A stretch of DNA of 63,920 nt, the filler included, from Acidimicrobiia bacterium (GTDB lineage: Bacteria > Actinomycetota > Acidimicrobiia > Spongiisociales > CAZKJJ01), in NCBI GenBank assembly GCA_046759765.1. It is 6 parts of 6 records of this genome, joined end to end, with 100 filler letters (N's around TTAATTAATTAA, not from the genome) between each part and the next. Parts side by side here need not be neighbours in the genome. Positions count along the whole stretch, not along the records: positions 1 to 11,065 come from JBHICV010000076.1; positions 11,166 to 22,194 come from JBHICV010000077.1; 4 more parts are not named here. One strand, 5' to 3'. Below the pieces are notes generated by a model, which saw nothing but the letters and a program-made list of their open reading frames with translations, did not search any database and was not told the origin of the DNA. Each line of letters starts with the position of its first letter. Positions within the stretch are counted from its first letter, which is position 1. Position numbers and translations under genes: made by a program. This document shows, one piece after another, positions 9,321 through 21,844 of this stretch.

Positions 9321-9956
9321 CTAACCACCGACCAGGATCCCAGCCTGCAGCCTCTCCACTATTCGATCCGCTTCGCCCAGCTCCGTAGTTTCGTAGCGGC
9401 CTCGTGGCACGGCCACCACCGTCATCCCGGCCGCCCGGGCGGCCTCAATCCCGGCCGGCGTGTCCTCGACGGCTACACAGTCGGACGGATCAACATCCAG
9501 CGCCTGCGCCGCGGCCAGATATAGGTCCGGAGAAGGCTTGCCCTTGCCGACTTCATCGCCGGCGATAGTCACCTCGACGAGTCGATCGAGGCCAGTCCGG
9601 CTGAGCGCCATGTCGAGGCGCTCGCGGGGGCTGGAGGAGGCGACTGCAAACGGCATGCCGAGCTCCCGGAGCTCCGCCAGAGTCGACTCGGCATCCTGGA
9701 AAGCCAACAGGTGGGCTTCGAAGCGGGCGGTAACGGCCTGGGCGAGCTCGGGCCAGAAGTCGTCGTACGGTGGCAGTTCGCCGCGCGCCGCGAAGTAGCC
9801 GTAAGCGTCCTGTTCGGTTCGACCTGTCAACTCGGCGATCTCGGAGGCCTCGAGCTCGATGCCGTAGTTGCCGAGCACGTGTCGCCACGCGTCCCAGGCG
9901 AGTTCCTCGGAGTCGACAAGAACTCCGTCGCAGTCGAATACGACGGCCTTCGCCAT
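9321..9956 (-). CDS. HAD family phosphatase
   Basis: FDCDGVLVDSE, ASSS, KPSPD and VEDT..G. Confidence 0.92.
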   Translation of the reverse strand: MAKAVVFDCDGVLVDSEELAWDAWRHVLGNYGIELEASEIAELTGRTEQDAYGYFAARGELPPYDDFWPELAQAVTARFEAHLLAFQDAESTLAELRELGMPFAVASSSPRERLDMALSRTGLDRLVEVTIAGDEVGKGKPSPDLYLAAAQALDVDPSDCVAVEDTPAGIEAARAAGMTVVAVPRGRYETTELGEADRIVERLQAGILVGG

Positions 9957-11065
9957 TAGCCGGTGAGTTCACCCAGTATTGCTGCCACTGCTTGAGGGTC
10001 GGCCTTGCCGCCCGTCTCCCGCATCACCGCCCCGACGAAGAACCCGATCAGCTTTTCGTCACCTCCCCGGAGTCTCTCCAGCTCATCGGGGTGCTCGGCC
10101 ACAATCTCCTCAACGACGGACGTGAGCTCGTAGCGATCCGATACCTGGATGAGATCTCGGCGCTCGGCTATCTCAGCCGGCGAGCCCCCTTTTTCGGCCA
10201 TTTCGACGAGGACCTCTTTGGCGGCGGTGGCCGACAGAGCTCCTTCGGCGACCAGCGCGGCGAGCTGAGCCAACCCCTGACCGTGGAGACCTGTGTCGGC
10301 CGCCGACCGGTCGGTGCGTCGTAGGTAGGCGGTGAACTCGCCCGTCAGCCAGTTAGCGACCGTGGAGGGATCGGCCCCGGCGGAGACGGCCTCACTCAGC
10401 CACTGGGTGGCAACCGGATCTGCCCTGGCCAACGTGACGGCGTGGCCCGCTTCAACTCCAAGCTCGATGAGCCGCGTCCTTCGCTCCGAGGGCAGCTCGG
10501 GAAGGGCGGCCCCCACCCGTTCCTGCCACTCGCCATCGACATGCATCGGCACCAGGTCCGGCTCCGGAAAGTAGCGGTAGTCGGAGCTCTCCTCCTTGCT
10601 GCGCATCCCCTCCGTGACCTCCGCTTCCTCGTCCCAGTGCCTGGTCTCCTGGATGACTTCCTGGCCCGATTCGAGCACTCCGATCTGCCGGTCGATCTCG
10701 TAGCCGATGGCTCGCTCCAGGGAACGGAACGAGTTCATGTTCTTGATCTCGACCTTGGTGCCGAGGTCGGTGTCGCCGCGGCTCACGGACACGTTGGCGT
10801 CGAAGCGGATGCTGCCCTCCTCGAGCTTGGCGTCCGAAACGTCCAGCGACAGAACGAGATCGCGTAGCTCTGACGCGTACTGGCGTGCCTCGGCTGCGGT
10901 CCGCAGATCCGGCTCGGTGACTATCTCGACGAGCGGGACACCCGACCGGTTGAAGTCGAGTAGCGAGTAGTCGGCCCCCTGGATTCGACCTCCTTCTCCG
11001 ATGTGGAGGCTCTTCCCGGTGTCCTCCTCCATGTGCACTCGGTTGATCCGAACTCGATGGGTCTC
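9956..11065 (-). CDS. gatB: Asp-tRNA(Asn)/Glu-tRNA(Gln) amidotransferase subunit B (5'-truncated)
   Basis: HMEEDTGK, NRSGVPLVEIVTEPD, EIKNMNS and DYRYFPEPDL. Confidence 0.96.
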   Translation of the reverse strand, partial: ETHRVRINRVHMEEDTGKSLHIGEGGRIQGADYSLLDFNRSGVPLVEIVTEPDLRTAAEARQYASELRDLVLSLDVSDAKLEEGSIRFDANVSVSRGDTDLGTKVEIKNMNSFRSLERAIGYEIDRQIGVLESGQEVIQETRHWDEEAEVTEGMRSKEESSDYRYFPEPDLVPMHVDGEWQERVGAALPELPSERRTRLIELGVEAGHAVTLARADPVATQWLSEAVSAGADPSTVANWLTGEFTAYLRRTDRSAADTGLHGQGLAQLAALVAEGALSATAAKEVLVEMAEKGGSPAEIAERRDLIQVSDRYELTSVVEEIVAEHPDELERLRGGDEKLIGFFVGAVMRETGGKADPQAVAAILGELTG

Positions 11066-11165
11066 NNNNNNNNNNNNNNNNNNNNNNNNNNNNNNNNNNN
11101 NNNNNNNNNTTAATTAATTAANNNNNNNNNNNNNNNNNNNNNNNNNNNNNNNNNNNNNNNNNNNN
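11066..11165. other. Artificial contig spacer
   Basis: N44-TTAATTAATTAA-N44, stops in all frames. Confidence 0.99.
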
Positions 11166-12574
11166 GGGATCCCGAGGTAGCTACCGGCGGGTCCGACGTC
11201 GCCGAGACCGGGACCGATGTTCCCCAGCGCCGAAGCGACCGAACTGGCGGAAGTAACCAAGTCGAGGCCGGCGCCCAGGCTTGATTCAATGAAGCCCATC
11301 AGGAATGTGCCGGTCATGAACAGGAACATGTAAAAGAGGAAGAAAGACTGGGCGCTCTCGACGATTGCGTCGTCGACGGTGTCGTCGCCGAAGCGGACCA
11401 CGAAGACGGCCCGGGGATGGATGTAGCGGCGAAGCTCGGTAGCCGCCGCCTTGGTCAGAACCCCGATGCGAAACGTCTTCACCGACCCTGCGGTCGAACC
11501 GGTCATGCCCCCGAGGAACATCAGCCCGACTACGAAGATCTGCAGACCTGAGACCCACTCACCGAAGTTGGCGGTGGCGTAACCCGTCGTTGTCACGATC
11601 GAGACGGCGGTGAAGGCTCCCTCCCGCGCTACATCGGCGAACGCTCCTGTTGCCCAGATGCCACCGACGATGATCACTGTGGCCGCGAGGACGATGGCGC
11701 CATAGAGTCGAAACTCGGTCGAACGCGGGTACTCGAGCGGCTTCCGCAGGGCACGAAAGTGAAGGGTGAACGAGATGCCGGCCAGCAGCATGAAGATAAT
11801 GACGATCCACTGCGTGTAGGCGGAGAAGGCCCCGATTGATCCGGCGTCCGTACTGAAACCACCGGTTGACATGGTCGTGAAGGAGTGGGCAATCGCCTCG
11901 AAGGGGGTCATGTCGCCGAGGACCAGAAGGACCGCCTGGGCCACGGTGAACCCCAAGTAGAGGAGCCAGAGTCGCTTGGCCGTCTCTCGGAAGCGAGGAG
12001 TTAGCCGATCGGGCTGCGGGCCCGGCGACTCGGCCCGGACCAGCTGAACGCCGCCGACACCTAGGAGGGGGAGAACCGCCACGGCCAGCACCAGGACGCC
12101 CATTCCCCCGAGCCACTGGGTGAGCGATCTCCAGATCAGGATCCCGTGCGGGAGCAGCGAAGGGTCGGGAACCACCGATGATCCGGTCGTCGTGAACCCG
12201 GCGGCAGTCTCGAAGAATGCATTCGTAAGGTTGGAGATGGAACCCGTGAACAGGTAGGGGAGGGTCCCGAATGCAGCCATCACGAACCACGAGAGACCAA
12301 CGGTCGCAAATCCGTCCCTCAGCGTGAGCTCACCCTTGGCCCCGAGCACGCGCCAGGCGAAAAGTCCGGCCAGGGCAGTGATGAGGCTGGCGAGGGCGAT
12401 CTGGGCGGCAACCTCCCACTCCTGGTACATCAATGCGAAGGCGACCGCGATCAACATGGCCGCTCCGATGCCGGTCACCGCCGCGCCGATCACATAGGCC
12501 AGGCGGCGGCCCATGGATCCGTTGCTCTCTGCTACCTTGCCCGGCCGCCTGAGCGGCGGGCGCTGCTCGGTCAC
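11166..12574 (-). CDS. trkH: Trk potassium uptake membrane protein (3'-truncated)
   Basis: FETAAGFTTTG, QWLGGMG, STGGFS, TTTGY and GNIGPG pore loops. Confidence 0.95.
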
Positions 12575-13902
12575 TCGACGAGCAAGGCTTCGATCTCGGG
12601 AATCACCTCCGGCAGGGCGAAGATGATGAGGTGATCGCGCTCCCTTATTGAAGTGGAGCCTCGTGGCACCAGTGCATCGCCGTCGCGCAGTATCCCTCCG
12701 ACTATCGAGCCGGTCGGGAGATCGAGCTCCTCGAGAGTCTTTCCGATTGCCTTGCTGGTGGAAGAGATCTCCAGCTCGATTGCTTCAGCATCGGTGTCGG
12801 TGAAAGTCGCCACCGAGTGGATGCGTCCCCGCCGCACGAATCGCAGTATCTGGTTGGCCGCCGCGATCCGGCTGGAGACCGTGGCATCGATACCCACCCC
12901 GGACAGCAGGCCCACATAGCTCATCCGATTGACTCGTGACACCACGGTGGATGCCCCGAGCGCCTTAGCGACCAACGATCCGAGGATGTTGACCTCGTCC
13001 CAGCCGGTGAGGGCCAACACCGCGTCCTTGTCGCCGATGTCGAGCTCCGTGAGGACGGCCGGGTCGGTCGGATCTCCACAAAGTGTGAGTACATCGGCCT
13101 GCATCTCTGCCAGACGTCGGCAGCGCTCGTGGTCCCCTTCGACCATGGCCACTTCGAATCCTTCTTTCACCATCATGGCGGAGGTGATTCGCGCCACTCT
13201 CGTGCTGCCGAGGATGATCACGCGACGTATTTGGTGTGGTCTAGCTCCGAGAAGATCCAGCGCCACCTTCTCGCGATCAGGGGTGACCATCAGGAGGACG
13301 TGGTCGCCTTCGCCGATCGTGGTGGGCCCATGCGCCACGATCGTCTCCCCGTTTCGCACCACCGCGACCGCGACCCAGTCACCCTGTCCGAGTGTCTGTC
13401 GCAACTCGTATAGCGGCCCCATGGTGATCGGAGCTCCCGGTTGGACAAAGCCCCCGGTGAGGATCAGCTCGCCGTTGCCGAACTCGATCATCTCGCTCAG
13501 GCCTTCGTGGTGGACCAACGTCAGGAGCTCGTCCGCGAGGGAAGTCCCAGGGTCGATCACCACGTTGACACCGAGCTCGGCGAGACCAGAACGAAGTCCA
13601 GGGTCTTCCACCCGTGCAACGGTCTTGCGAACACCCATCTCCGAGGCTGTCCGACAGGCCAGGATGTTGGCGCCGTCGTTATCCGATACCGCGATCAGCA
13701 GGTCGGCCCTGTCGACCTGGGCCTCCTCCAGCACGTCACGGGCGGCCCCGTTTCCGGTGATTACGAGTGCGTCCAGCTCGTCCTGCAATTGCGATGCTCG
13801 GACCGGGTCGCTCTCGATCAGGACCACGTCCTGGCCCTCGTTGGAAAGGCGATCCGCGAGATAGGAGCCGACGGCGCCGGCTCCGACGATGATGACCCTC
13901 AT
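12571..13902 (-). CDS. trkA: Trk potassium uptake protein TrkA
   Basis: Two RCK domains and GAGAVG. Coupled to trkH. Confidence 0.93.
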   Translation of the reverse strand: MRVIIVGAGAVGSYLADRLSNEGQDVVLIESDPVRASQLQDELDALVITGNGAARDVLEEAQVDRADLLIAVSDNDGANILACRTASEMGVRKTVARVEDPGLRSGLAELGVNVVIDPGTSLADELLTLVHHEGLSEMIEFGNGELILTGGFVQPGAPITMGPLYELRQTLGQGDWVAVAVVRNGETIVAHGPTTIGEGDHVLLMVTPDREKVALDLLGARPHQIRRVIILGSTRVARITSAMMVKEGFEVAMVEGDHERCRRLAEMQADVLTLCGDPTDPAVLTELDIGDKDAVLALTGWDEVNILGSLVAKALGASTVVSRVNRMSYVGLLSGVGIDATVSSRIAAANQILRFVRRGRIHSVATFTDTDAEAIELEISSTSKAIGKTLEELDLPTGSIVGGILRDGDALVPRGSTSIRERDHLIIFALPEVIPEIEALLVE

Positions 13903-13979
13903 GAGGTCTCCATTGCCTTAATCATAGGTTCGCTGGGTCGTTTGCCAGGCCAATGTTGGGCGTCGGTACACTCGCGGTG

Positions 13980-14870
13980 GTGATCGCTCCGCGTGGGTCA
14001 GATAGCGCTTCCGGGCCCGTCTTTTCGTCGTCGGGCGACGTTTCCGACGGGCTAAAGAGGGCTGGTTACTTGGCAGACGAGCACATCGCCCAAGTTGTCT
14101 TCCTGGCCGACCGTTTATCGAAGCCGATTCTGGTCGAGGGTCCGGCGGGCGTTGGCAAAACCGAGCTCGGCAAGGCGCTGGCCGAGGCCATGGACCGACG
14201 CTTGATCCGGCTTCAGTGTTATGAAGGCCTGGACGAGTCGAAAGCTCTCTACGAGTGGAACTACCGCAAGCAGCTGCTGCGCATCCAGGCCGACAGCGGT
14301 CGGACCTGGGGCGACCTCGAAGCGGACATCTTCTCGGAGGACTTCCTGCTTACCCGTCCGCTGCTGGAGGCGATCACGACCTCCGATGACTCCGTTCTGC
14401 TCATCGACGAAGTCGACCGAGTGGAGATCGAGACCGAGGCGCTTCTGCTCGAGGTGCTCTCGGAGTTTCAGGTGACCATCCCTGAGCTGGGTACGGTCGA
14501 AGCTGCCAGCATCCCGGCCGTAGTGCTCACGTCTAACAACACGCGGGAGCTGTCCGAAGCCCTGAAACGACGTTGTCTTTTCCTCCACCTCACGTATCCG
14601 ACGGTCGACCGGGAGCGGGAGATCCTCATGACCCGAGTTCCCGACCTGGATGAGGCACTGGCTGACCAGGTTGCTCGTCTTGTTCGGAGCGTCCGTAGCA
14701 TGCCGCTGCGCAAGGCGCCGTCCATCAGCGAGTCGATCGACTGGGCGCGGACATTGCTCGAGCTCGGTGTCAGCGAAGTTGATACGGAAGCGGTCCAAGA
14801 GACCTCGCATGTGCTCTTGAAGTATCAGAGCGATATCGACAAGGTCGCCGAGGACCTTCCTGGACCGTGA
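13980..14870 (+). CDS. MoxR-type AAA+ ATPase, CoxD-like
   Basis: EGPAGVGKT, RLQCYEGLDE.KALYEWNY.KQ and LSEALKRRC. GTG start 7 nt after TACACT. Confidence 0.92.
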   Translation: MIAPRGSDSASGPVFSSSGDVSDGLKRAGYLADEHIAQVVFLADRLSKPILVEGPAGVGKTELGKALAEAMDRRLIRLQCYEGLDESKALYEWNYRKQLLRIQADSGRTWGDLEADIFSEDFLLTRPLLEAITTSDDSVLLIDEVDRVEIETEALLLEVLSEFQVTIPELGTVEAASIPAVVLTSNNTRELSEALKRRCLFLHLTYPTVDREREILMTRVPDLDEALADQVARLVRSVRSMPLRKAPSISESIDWARTLLELGVSEVDTEAVQETSHVLLKYQSDIDKVAEDLPGP

Positions 14871-16255
14871 TTGAGGTCGTCTCGGGGTTCGTTCACGAGC
14901 TCCGAGAGGCCGGGATCCCCGTCTCGATGGTCGAGGCCATCGACGCCATCGAGGCTTTGGCGCACACCGACATTTCCAACAGGGCCGACTTCCGATCCGC
15001 CCTGGCGTCGACGCTCGTGAAGAGCGAACGGCACTACGACGCCTTCGACGTGGCCTTCGATGTCTACTTCGGCCTGAGGCCGCGAGAAGAGCCCGAAACG
15101 GCACCCGGCCTTCCGCCCGCGGGGACAGAGGAGGGAGGGTCCGGAGGTTCCATCTCCGAGGCCTTGTTCCTGGCCCTTCTGGACGGCGACCAGGGAATGG
15201 TGCGGGCATTGGCGCGCACGGCAGTCTCGTCGTTGGCCGGCATACAGCCGGGTCGGCCCGTCGGAGGTACCTATTACCTATACCGGGTCCTCAGAGCCAT
15301 CGATACGGACCAGATTCTCGAGCGGCTCATGGCGGAAGAGCAAGAGGACTCGCCTCTCCAGCAACGTCTCCTTCGGGAGGAGTACGAGCGGCGTCTGGCG
15401 CAGTTCCGGGCCGAGCTGGAAGCCGAGATCAGGAGGCGGCTGGTGGCGGACCGCGGTCCCAAAGCCGTTGCCAGGACTCTGCGCCGCCCTCTTCTGGAGG
15501 ACGTCGATCTCATGCACGCGTCACGGATCGAGCTCAAGCAGCTCGAGCGGGCCGTTCATCCGCTGACCAGAAAGCTCGCTGCCCGCTTGGCCCGCAGGCG
15601 GAAGACGGGAAGGCTAGGTCGCCTCGATTTCCGTCGGACCATTCGTAGCTCGCTGTCCGTCGGGGGAGTGCCGGTCGAGCCACGCTTTCGGCGGCCCCAT
15701 CCCTCGAAGCCCGATGTGTTTGTCATCTGTGACATCTCGGGCTCGATGTCCACCTTCGCTCGGTTCACCCTCCAGTTCGTCTATGCGATGGCTAACCAAT
15801 TCTCCCGGCTTCGGTCGTTCGTTTTCATCGACGCGCTCGACGAGGCAACGGACGCCTTCCGAGGAGGAGGCGACCTGTCCGAAGCCCTCCACCGGGTGAG
15901 CACCGAGTCGGAGGTTGTGTGGCTCGACGGTCACTCCGACTACGGACATGCCTTGGAGGAGTTCTGGGAGTCCTATGGGGACGATCTCACACCGAGGACC
16001 ACGGTGATTGTCGCCGGCGACGGGCGAAACAACTACCGAGCGCCGCGCGACGAACTACTAGCCCAGGTGAGGGAGCGTTCGCGAGCGGTTTATTGGCTCA
16101 ATCCCGAGCCGCGGTCCTACTGGGACACTGGGGACTCGGTGATGTCGAGCTACGCGCCTCATTGCGACGAGGTGTTCGAGGTCCGCAACCTGCGGCAGCT
16201 TGAGCGCTTCGTGGAAACAGTCGCCGCTCCCCGTCTTCATCCCCACGTCGGTTGA
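14867..16255 (+). CDS. VWA domain protein, CoxE-like
   Basis: DISGSM MIDAS, GHSDYG, GDGRNN and WLNPE. Confidence 0.9.
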   Translation: MIEVVSGFVHELREAGIPVSMVEAIDAIEALAHTDISNRADFRSALASTLVKSERHYDAFDVAFDVYFGLRPREEPETAPGLPPAGTEEGGSGGSISEALFLALLDGDQGMVRALARTAVSSLAGIQPGRPVGGTYYLYRVLRAIDTDQILERLMAEEQEDSPLQQRLLREEYERRLAQFRAELEAEIRRRLVADRGPKAVARTLRRPLLEDVDLMHASRIELKQLERAVHPLTRKLAARLARRRKTGRLGRLDFRRTIRSSLSVGGVPVEPRFRRPHPSKPDVFVICDISGSMSTFARFTLQFVYAMANQFSRLRSFVFIDALDEATDAFRGGGDLSEALHRVSTESEVVWLDGHSDYGHALEEFWESYGDDLTPRTTVIVAGDGRNNYRAPRDELLAQVRERSRAVYWLNPEPRSYWDTGDSVMSSYAPHCDEVFEVRNLRQLERFVETVAAPRLHPHVG

Positions 16256-16319
16256 GAGCAGTCAAGTCACCGCGGAACCATGCCGATACGTAACCCAGCG
16301 CCCGTCAGAGAGGGACATC

Positions 16320-16715
16320 TTGGGCCGCCGTGTGCTCGTCGTCGAAGACTCAGCTGTCATCAGACGGCTCATCGAGGTTTGTCTTCGTCCTGCCAATCTC
16401 GAGGTGGTTATGCGGGTTGATGGTCCCTCTGGGCTCCAGGCGGCCCTCAATGAGTCCCCCGACCTCCTCGTTTTGGACATCGGCCTGCCGGAGATGGACG
16501 GTTGGCAGGTCCTCGACCGGCTGAGGTCGAACCCAGGGACCAAGACGCTTCCGGTGCTGGTCCTGACCGCCCACGCCGAGGAGGAGTCACGGCGCCGGGC
16601 CGACGAGGGCGGAGCGGACGCGTTCGTCACCAAGCCGTTCCAGCCCAACGACTTTCGCCAGGAGGTTCTCAACCTGCTGGTCCGGGCGGGCGTGCTGTCC
16701 GCCAACACCGCCTGA
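16320..16715 (+). CDS. Single-domain response regulator (CheY-like)
   Basis: VLVVED, LDIGLPEMDG, LTA and TKPF. TTG start inferred. Confidence 0.9.
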   Translation: MGRRVLVVEDSAVIRRLIEVCLRPANLEVVMRVDGPSGLQAALNESPDLLVLDIGLPEMDGWQVLDRLRSNPGTKTLPVLVLTAHAEEESRRRADEGGADAFVTKPFQPNDFRQEVLNLLVRAGVLSANTA

Positions 16716-16747
16716 CGTTCCGCCTGAACGTTTAGTCTCGGGCGGCC

Positions 16748-19009
16748 ATGGATCTCATTCCCAAGTTCATCGGCGCGCCCGTTCAGAGGAGGGAAGACCC
16801 TTCTCTCGTCACCGGAGAAGCCGACTACGTGGGAGACATAAATCTGCCGGGAACCCTCCATATGGCTGTCGCGCGAGTGCCGGCCGCCCATGCTCAGCTC
16901 ACCGACCTGGAGGTGGAGGAGGCTCGTGGTGCTCCCGGAGTTCGGCTGGTCGTGACCCCCGAGGACGTCTCCGAGGTGGCGATGCCGCCTCGGCCCAACC
17001 CTGAGCGCGGCATCCCTCGCCGCTACCCACTCGTTCAGGGCAGGATCCTGATGCCCGGCGATCCCGTGGCGGCAGTCATCGCGGAGACGCCGGATCAGGC
17101 CAAGGATGCGGCGGATCTCGTCCTCTTCGACTACGAGCTCCTCGAAGTGGTTGTCGATCCGGAGCAGGCACTCGACGCCCCGGTATTACATGAAGAGCTG
17201 ACCAGCAACGTGGCAGTCGACTGGCCCGGAGGCGACCGGCAAGCCTTTGACGACCTAGAGGCACCAGTCGTCCTTCAAGGCACCGTCGAGCACCCACGGG
17301 TCATTCCCAACCCGATGGAAACCAGGGCAGTGCTAGCCGACTGGCGCGGAGATCGACTCGATGTGCATCTCAGCTCCCAAGCCCCGCATCTCCTGGCTGA
17401 CGAGATCGCACGCAGCTTTGGCCTTCCTATTGCGCAGGTCCGTGTCAATACCCCATACGTCGGGGGCGGGTTCGGGTGCAAGTACGAGATCGCGGAGGAG
17501 GAGTACCTCGCCATCGTCGCGTCCCGAAAGCTGGGCGCTCCGGTGCGGTGGATCGAGTCCCGTCGCGAGCACATGCTGGCAATCGGCCACGGAAGGGCCC
17601 AGATACACACCTGGGAGCTCAAGGCGGACCACGACGGCCGAATACTCGGCTTCTGGGTCGACTCCCTTCTCGACCTGGGTTGCCGAGCTCGGTACCTCCT
17701 GCCCGGCGCCGTCACTCCCAGGATGGGGACCGGTAACTACGACATCTCCGTCTACGGATGGCGCCAGCGAGGCGTATACACCAACCGCTCACCTCGGGGC
17801 ATCTATCGCGGCGCGGGTCGGCCGGAGGCGATCCTTACCTTGGAGCGGGCCGTCGACCGTCTGGCGACCGAGCTCGGCGCCGACCCCGCCGACATCCGCC
17901 GTCTCAACTTCGTAGCCAAAGATGCCTTTCCGTACCGCAACCCGGCCGGCTATGTCTACGACACCGGCGACTACGACGCCCTGCTGGACACCCTCTTGGA
18001 CCGGGCCGACTATGCGGGACTTCGAGCAACTCAGGAGGAGCGGCGGGCGGCGGGGCGCCTGATGGGAATCGGCCTGGCCGCCTACGTCGAGGTGTGCGCT
18101 TTCGAGGATTGGGAGGCCGGCTCAGTTAGGACCCACCGCGACGGCTCGGTCACCGTATCCGCAGGTACGTCCGACCAGGGACAAGGACATCGCACGGCGT
18201 ACGCGCAGGTAGCGGGAGACGCCCTTGGCGTCCCACTGGAGATCGTCACGGTCTCCCAGGGGGACACGGCCACTGCGCCTTGGGGCTACGGGACCGCCGG
18301 CTCGAGGTCCGTCTCGCTGGGCGGGAGCGCCATCTACCAAGCCGCTCAGGAAGTAGCCGACAAAGCCCGGCAGATCGCGGCTCATCTGCTCGAGGCCGCA
18401 CCAGGAGACATCGTGCTCGCCGACGGCCAGGCGACAGTATCCGGCACTGATGTCTCCGTGACCTGGCGGGACATTGCTCGCACGGCCCACGCACCCCGGC
18501 GATTGCCGGACGGCATGTCACCCGGGCTCGAGGCGGAGACGGGCTACCGATCGGGAGGAAGGAACTTTCCCTCCGGTGTTGCTCTGGCGGTAGTCGAGGT
18601 GGATGCCGACAGCGGCTCGGTGCAGTTGCTCAGCTACTGGGCAGTCGACGATGTCGGCCGCGTCGTCAACCCGATGCTCGCTGATGGACAGCGGCACGGA
18701 GGCATCGCCCAGGGTCTCGGCCAGGCACTGTGGGAGGAGGCCCGCTACGACTCGGACGGCAACCTGCGGACGGCTTCCCTGATGGATTACCTGCTGCCGA
18801 GTGCCGCGCAGATGCCGTCCTTCGACTTGGACACCATCGAGACTCTCTCTCCGACCAATCCGCTGGGGGTGAAGGGCGTAGGCGAGCTGGGAACGATCGG
18901 CTCTACCGCCGCGGTCCTCAATGCAGTGATTGATGCGCTCGCCCCGGTGGGAGTCACCGACCTCCAGGTGCCTCTCAGCCCAGAGAAGGTCTGGAGGGCC
19001 ATTCAGGCG

Positions 19010-19030
<21 letters not shown>
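16748..19030 (+). CDS. Xanthine oxidase-family molybdopterin-binding large subunit (form II CoxL-like / aldehyde oxidoreductase)
   Basis: RREDP, VGGGFGCK, IYRGAGRPEA, QGQGH, GGIAQG and KGVGE. Confidence 0.9.
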
Positions 19031-20016
<986 letters not shown>

Positions 20017-20020
<4 letters not shown>

Positions 20021-21024
20021 GAGCCGTCCTCAGACGCGTAACGGGCAGCCGTGTCAATGACCCGGGCGGCATAACCCCAGCCGTTGTCGAACCAGACCAC
20101 GCACTTGAGCATCGTCCCATCGACCACCATCGTGGCGAGGCTGTCGAAGATTCCTGAGTGAGTCCCCACGACGTCACTGGACACAATCGGATCGGTCGTG
20201 TACTCGATGATCTCGGAGAACCGGGCCTCGACCTCCTTCTGGATCACCTCGTTGACTTCTTCCTTCGACGTCGGTTCCCGGGCGATCGTCACCAGATCGA
20301 CCGTCGACCCTTCCGAGACAGGAACGTTGAGGGCCATGGCTTGCATCTTCCCTGCCAAACCGGGAAGGACCTTGCCGAGGATCTCAGGCGAGTTTGTCTC
20401 GGTCGGGATGATGTTCTCCGCCGCCGATCTCGATCCGCGGAACTGTCCGCTCGGCACGTCAGCCAGCCTCTGATCGTTGGTGAAGCCGTGAATCGTCGTG
20501 AAGAAGACGCGGTCGATCCCGAAGCGGTTGTCGATGATCTGCAGGATCGGTGCGATGGCGTTGGACGTGTTCGACCCGAGGGCCACGATGGGATTGTCGG
20601 GGCCGATCAGGTCTTGGTTGATTCCCCATAGGACGATCGGTAGCTCGCCGAGGTCCTCAGGCACCGATGCCAGCACGACGTAGCGGGCCCCGGCATCGAG
20701 ATGTCTTCTGGTCCAGGAGGCCGTTCGGTGCTTTCTGGTGGCTTGGACAACGATGTCCACACCGTGCTCTTCCCAGTCGACTTGCCCTGGTTCTGCTCGG
20801 TCGAGGAAAGGGATAGCTCGATCGCCGACGATGAGATGAGAGTCCTGGAGTTCGACGGGGGCGGGGAATCTACCCAGGAAGGAGTCGTAGCGGAGCAGGT
20901 AGGTGAGGCTTTCCGGGTCGGCGATGTCGGAGATGGCTGCCACGTCCAGATCCGAGCGCCCGTAGAGAAGGCGAAACACGTTCCGCCCGATCCGCCCGAA
21001 GCCCATCAACCCGATGGTCGTCAC
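20017..21024 (-). CDS. GAPDH-like protein lacking the catalytic cysteine
   Basis: GFGRIGR and full-length GAPDH fold motifs, but LGSNTSN replaces ASCTTN. Confidence 0.9.
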
Positions 21025-21139
21025 GCGCTAAGTATCGCGCCGCGAGCCTGCCGCGGGCAACGGCCCTCTTCTACGTGTCATCGGGCGGGGCTACTTTTAC
21101 AGAACGCGGTCGTGCCGGGGGACCGAAAGGGGTGCCGGA

Positions 21140-21844
21140 TTGCTGTCCTGGCCGATTGCGTTCGCCTTGGTTTGGTCCGTCGGGCCGGCTAATTGCCTCG
21201 GTCTGTCACCTCCGGTTGCCGGCCCTCGGGTCGAGTCCTTCGCTCCCAGAGGCGTCTACGCAGGGCATTGGGGGCTCGACTTCGCCGTACCGGTGGACAG
21301 CCCGGTGCGCTCAGCTGCTGCCGGACGGGTGACATTCAGCGGCGTGGTCGTCGGGAATTCGACCGTCACTGTCGACCACGGAGGCGGGCTCAGGACCAGC
21401 TACTCGTATCTGTCGAACCGAAGCGTTCGTGTCGGAGCTTTTCTCAGTCGGGGCTCGGTGATCGGCACCAGCGGAAGCGCCCACGGCCGCCCCGCACTCC
21501 ACTTCTCGGTGCGCATCGGGAGGCGCTATGTCGATCCGGCTCGTCTGCTCGGTTGCCGCGAAACCTTTCCTCCTGAGGCGCTCCGTTTGGTCCCTTTGTA
21601 CCGGGATGGGCGCGCCTATGCTGCGGCCCGTGCGTCGGGGAATCCTGGGCGGGACCTTCGATCCTCCCCACTTCGGCCATCTGCTGGCTGGCGAAGCGGC
21701 CTACCGGGATCTCGAACTCGACGTGGTGAGCTATTTCCCCACTGGCGATCCGTGGCAGAAAGCCGACCGTCGGATCGGCGCTCCTCACCACCGGTTCGAG
21801 ATGCTCCGCCGCGCAATCGGAGGCGTCGGCTACTTCGATATTGA
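21140..21844 (+). CDS. M23 family peptidase-like secreted protein
   Basis: Signal-like N-terminus, HWGLD, DHGGGLRTSYS and LHFSVR..YVDP. The 3' part overlaps nadD. Confidence 0.75.
   Translation: MLSWPIAFALVWSVGPANCLGLSPPVAGPRVESFAPRGVYAGHWGLDFAVPVDSPVRSAAAGRVTFSGVVVGNSTVTVDHGGGLRTSYSYLSNRSVRVGAFLSRGSVIGTSGSAHGRPALHFSVRIGRRYVDPARLLGCRETFPPEALRLVPLYRDGRAYAAARASGNPGRDLRSSPLRPSAGWRSGLPGSRTRRGELFPHWRSVAESRPSDRRSSPPVRDAPPRNRRRRLLRY

Noticed and set aside
21061..21139. c-di-AMP or other riboswitch upstream of the M23 gene (GGGGGACC motif)
   Set aside because: The region is too short, and the other conserved ydaO elements are absent.
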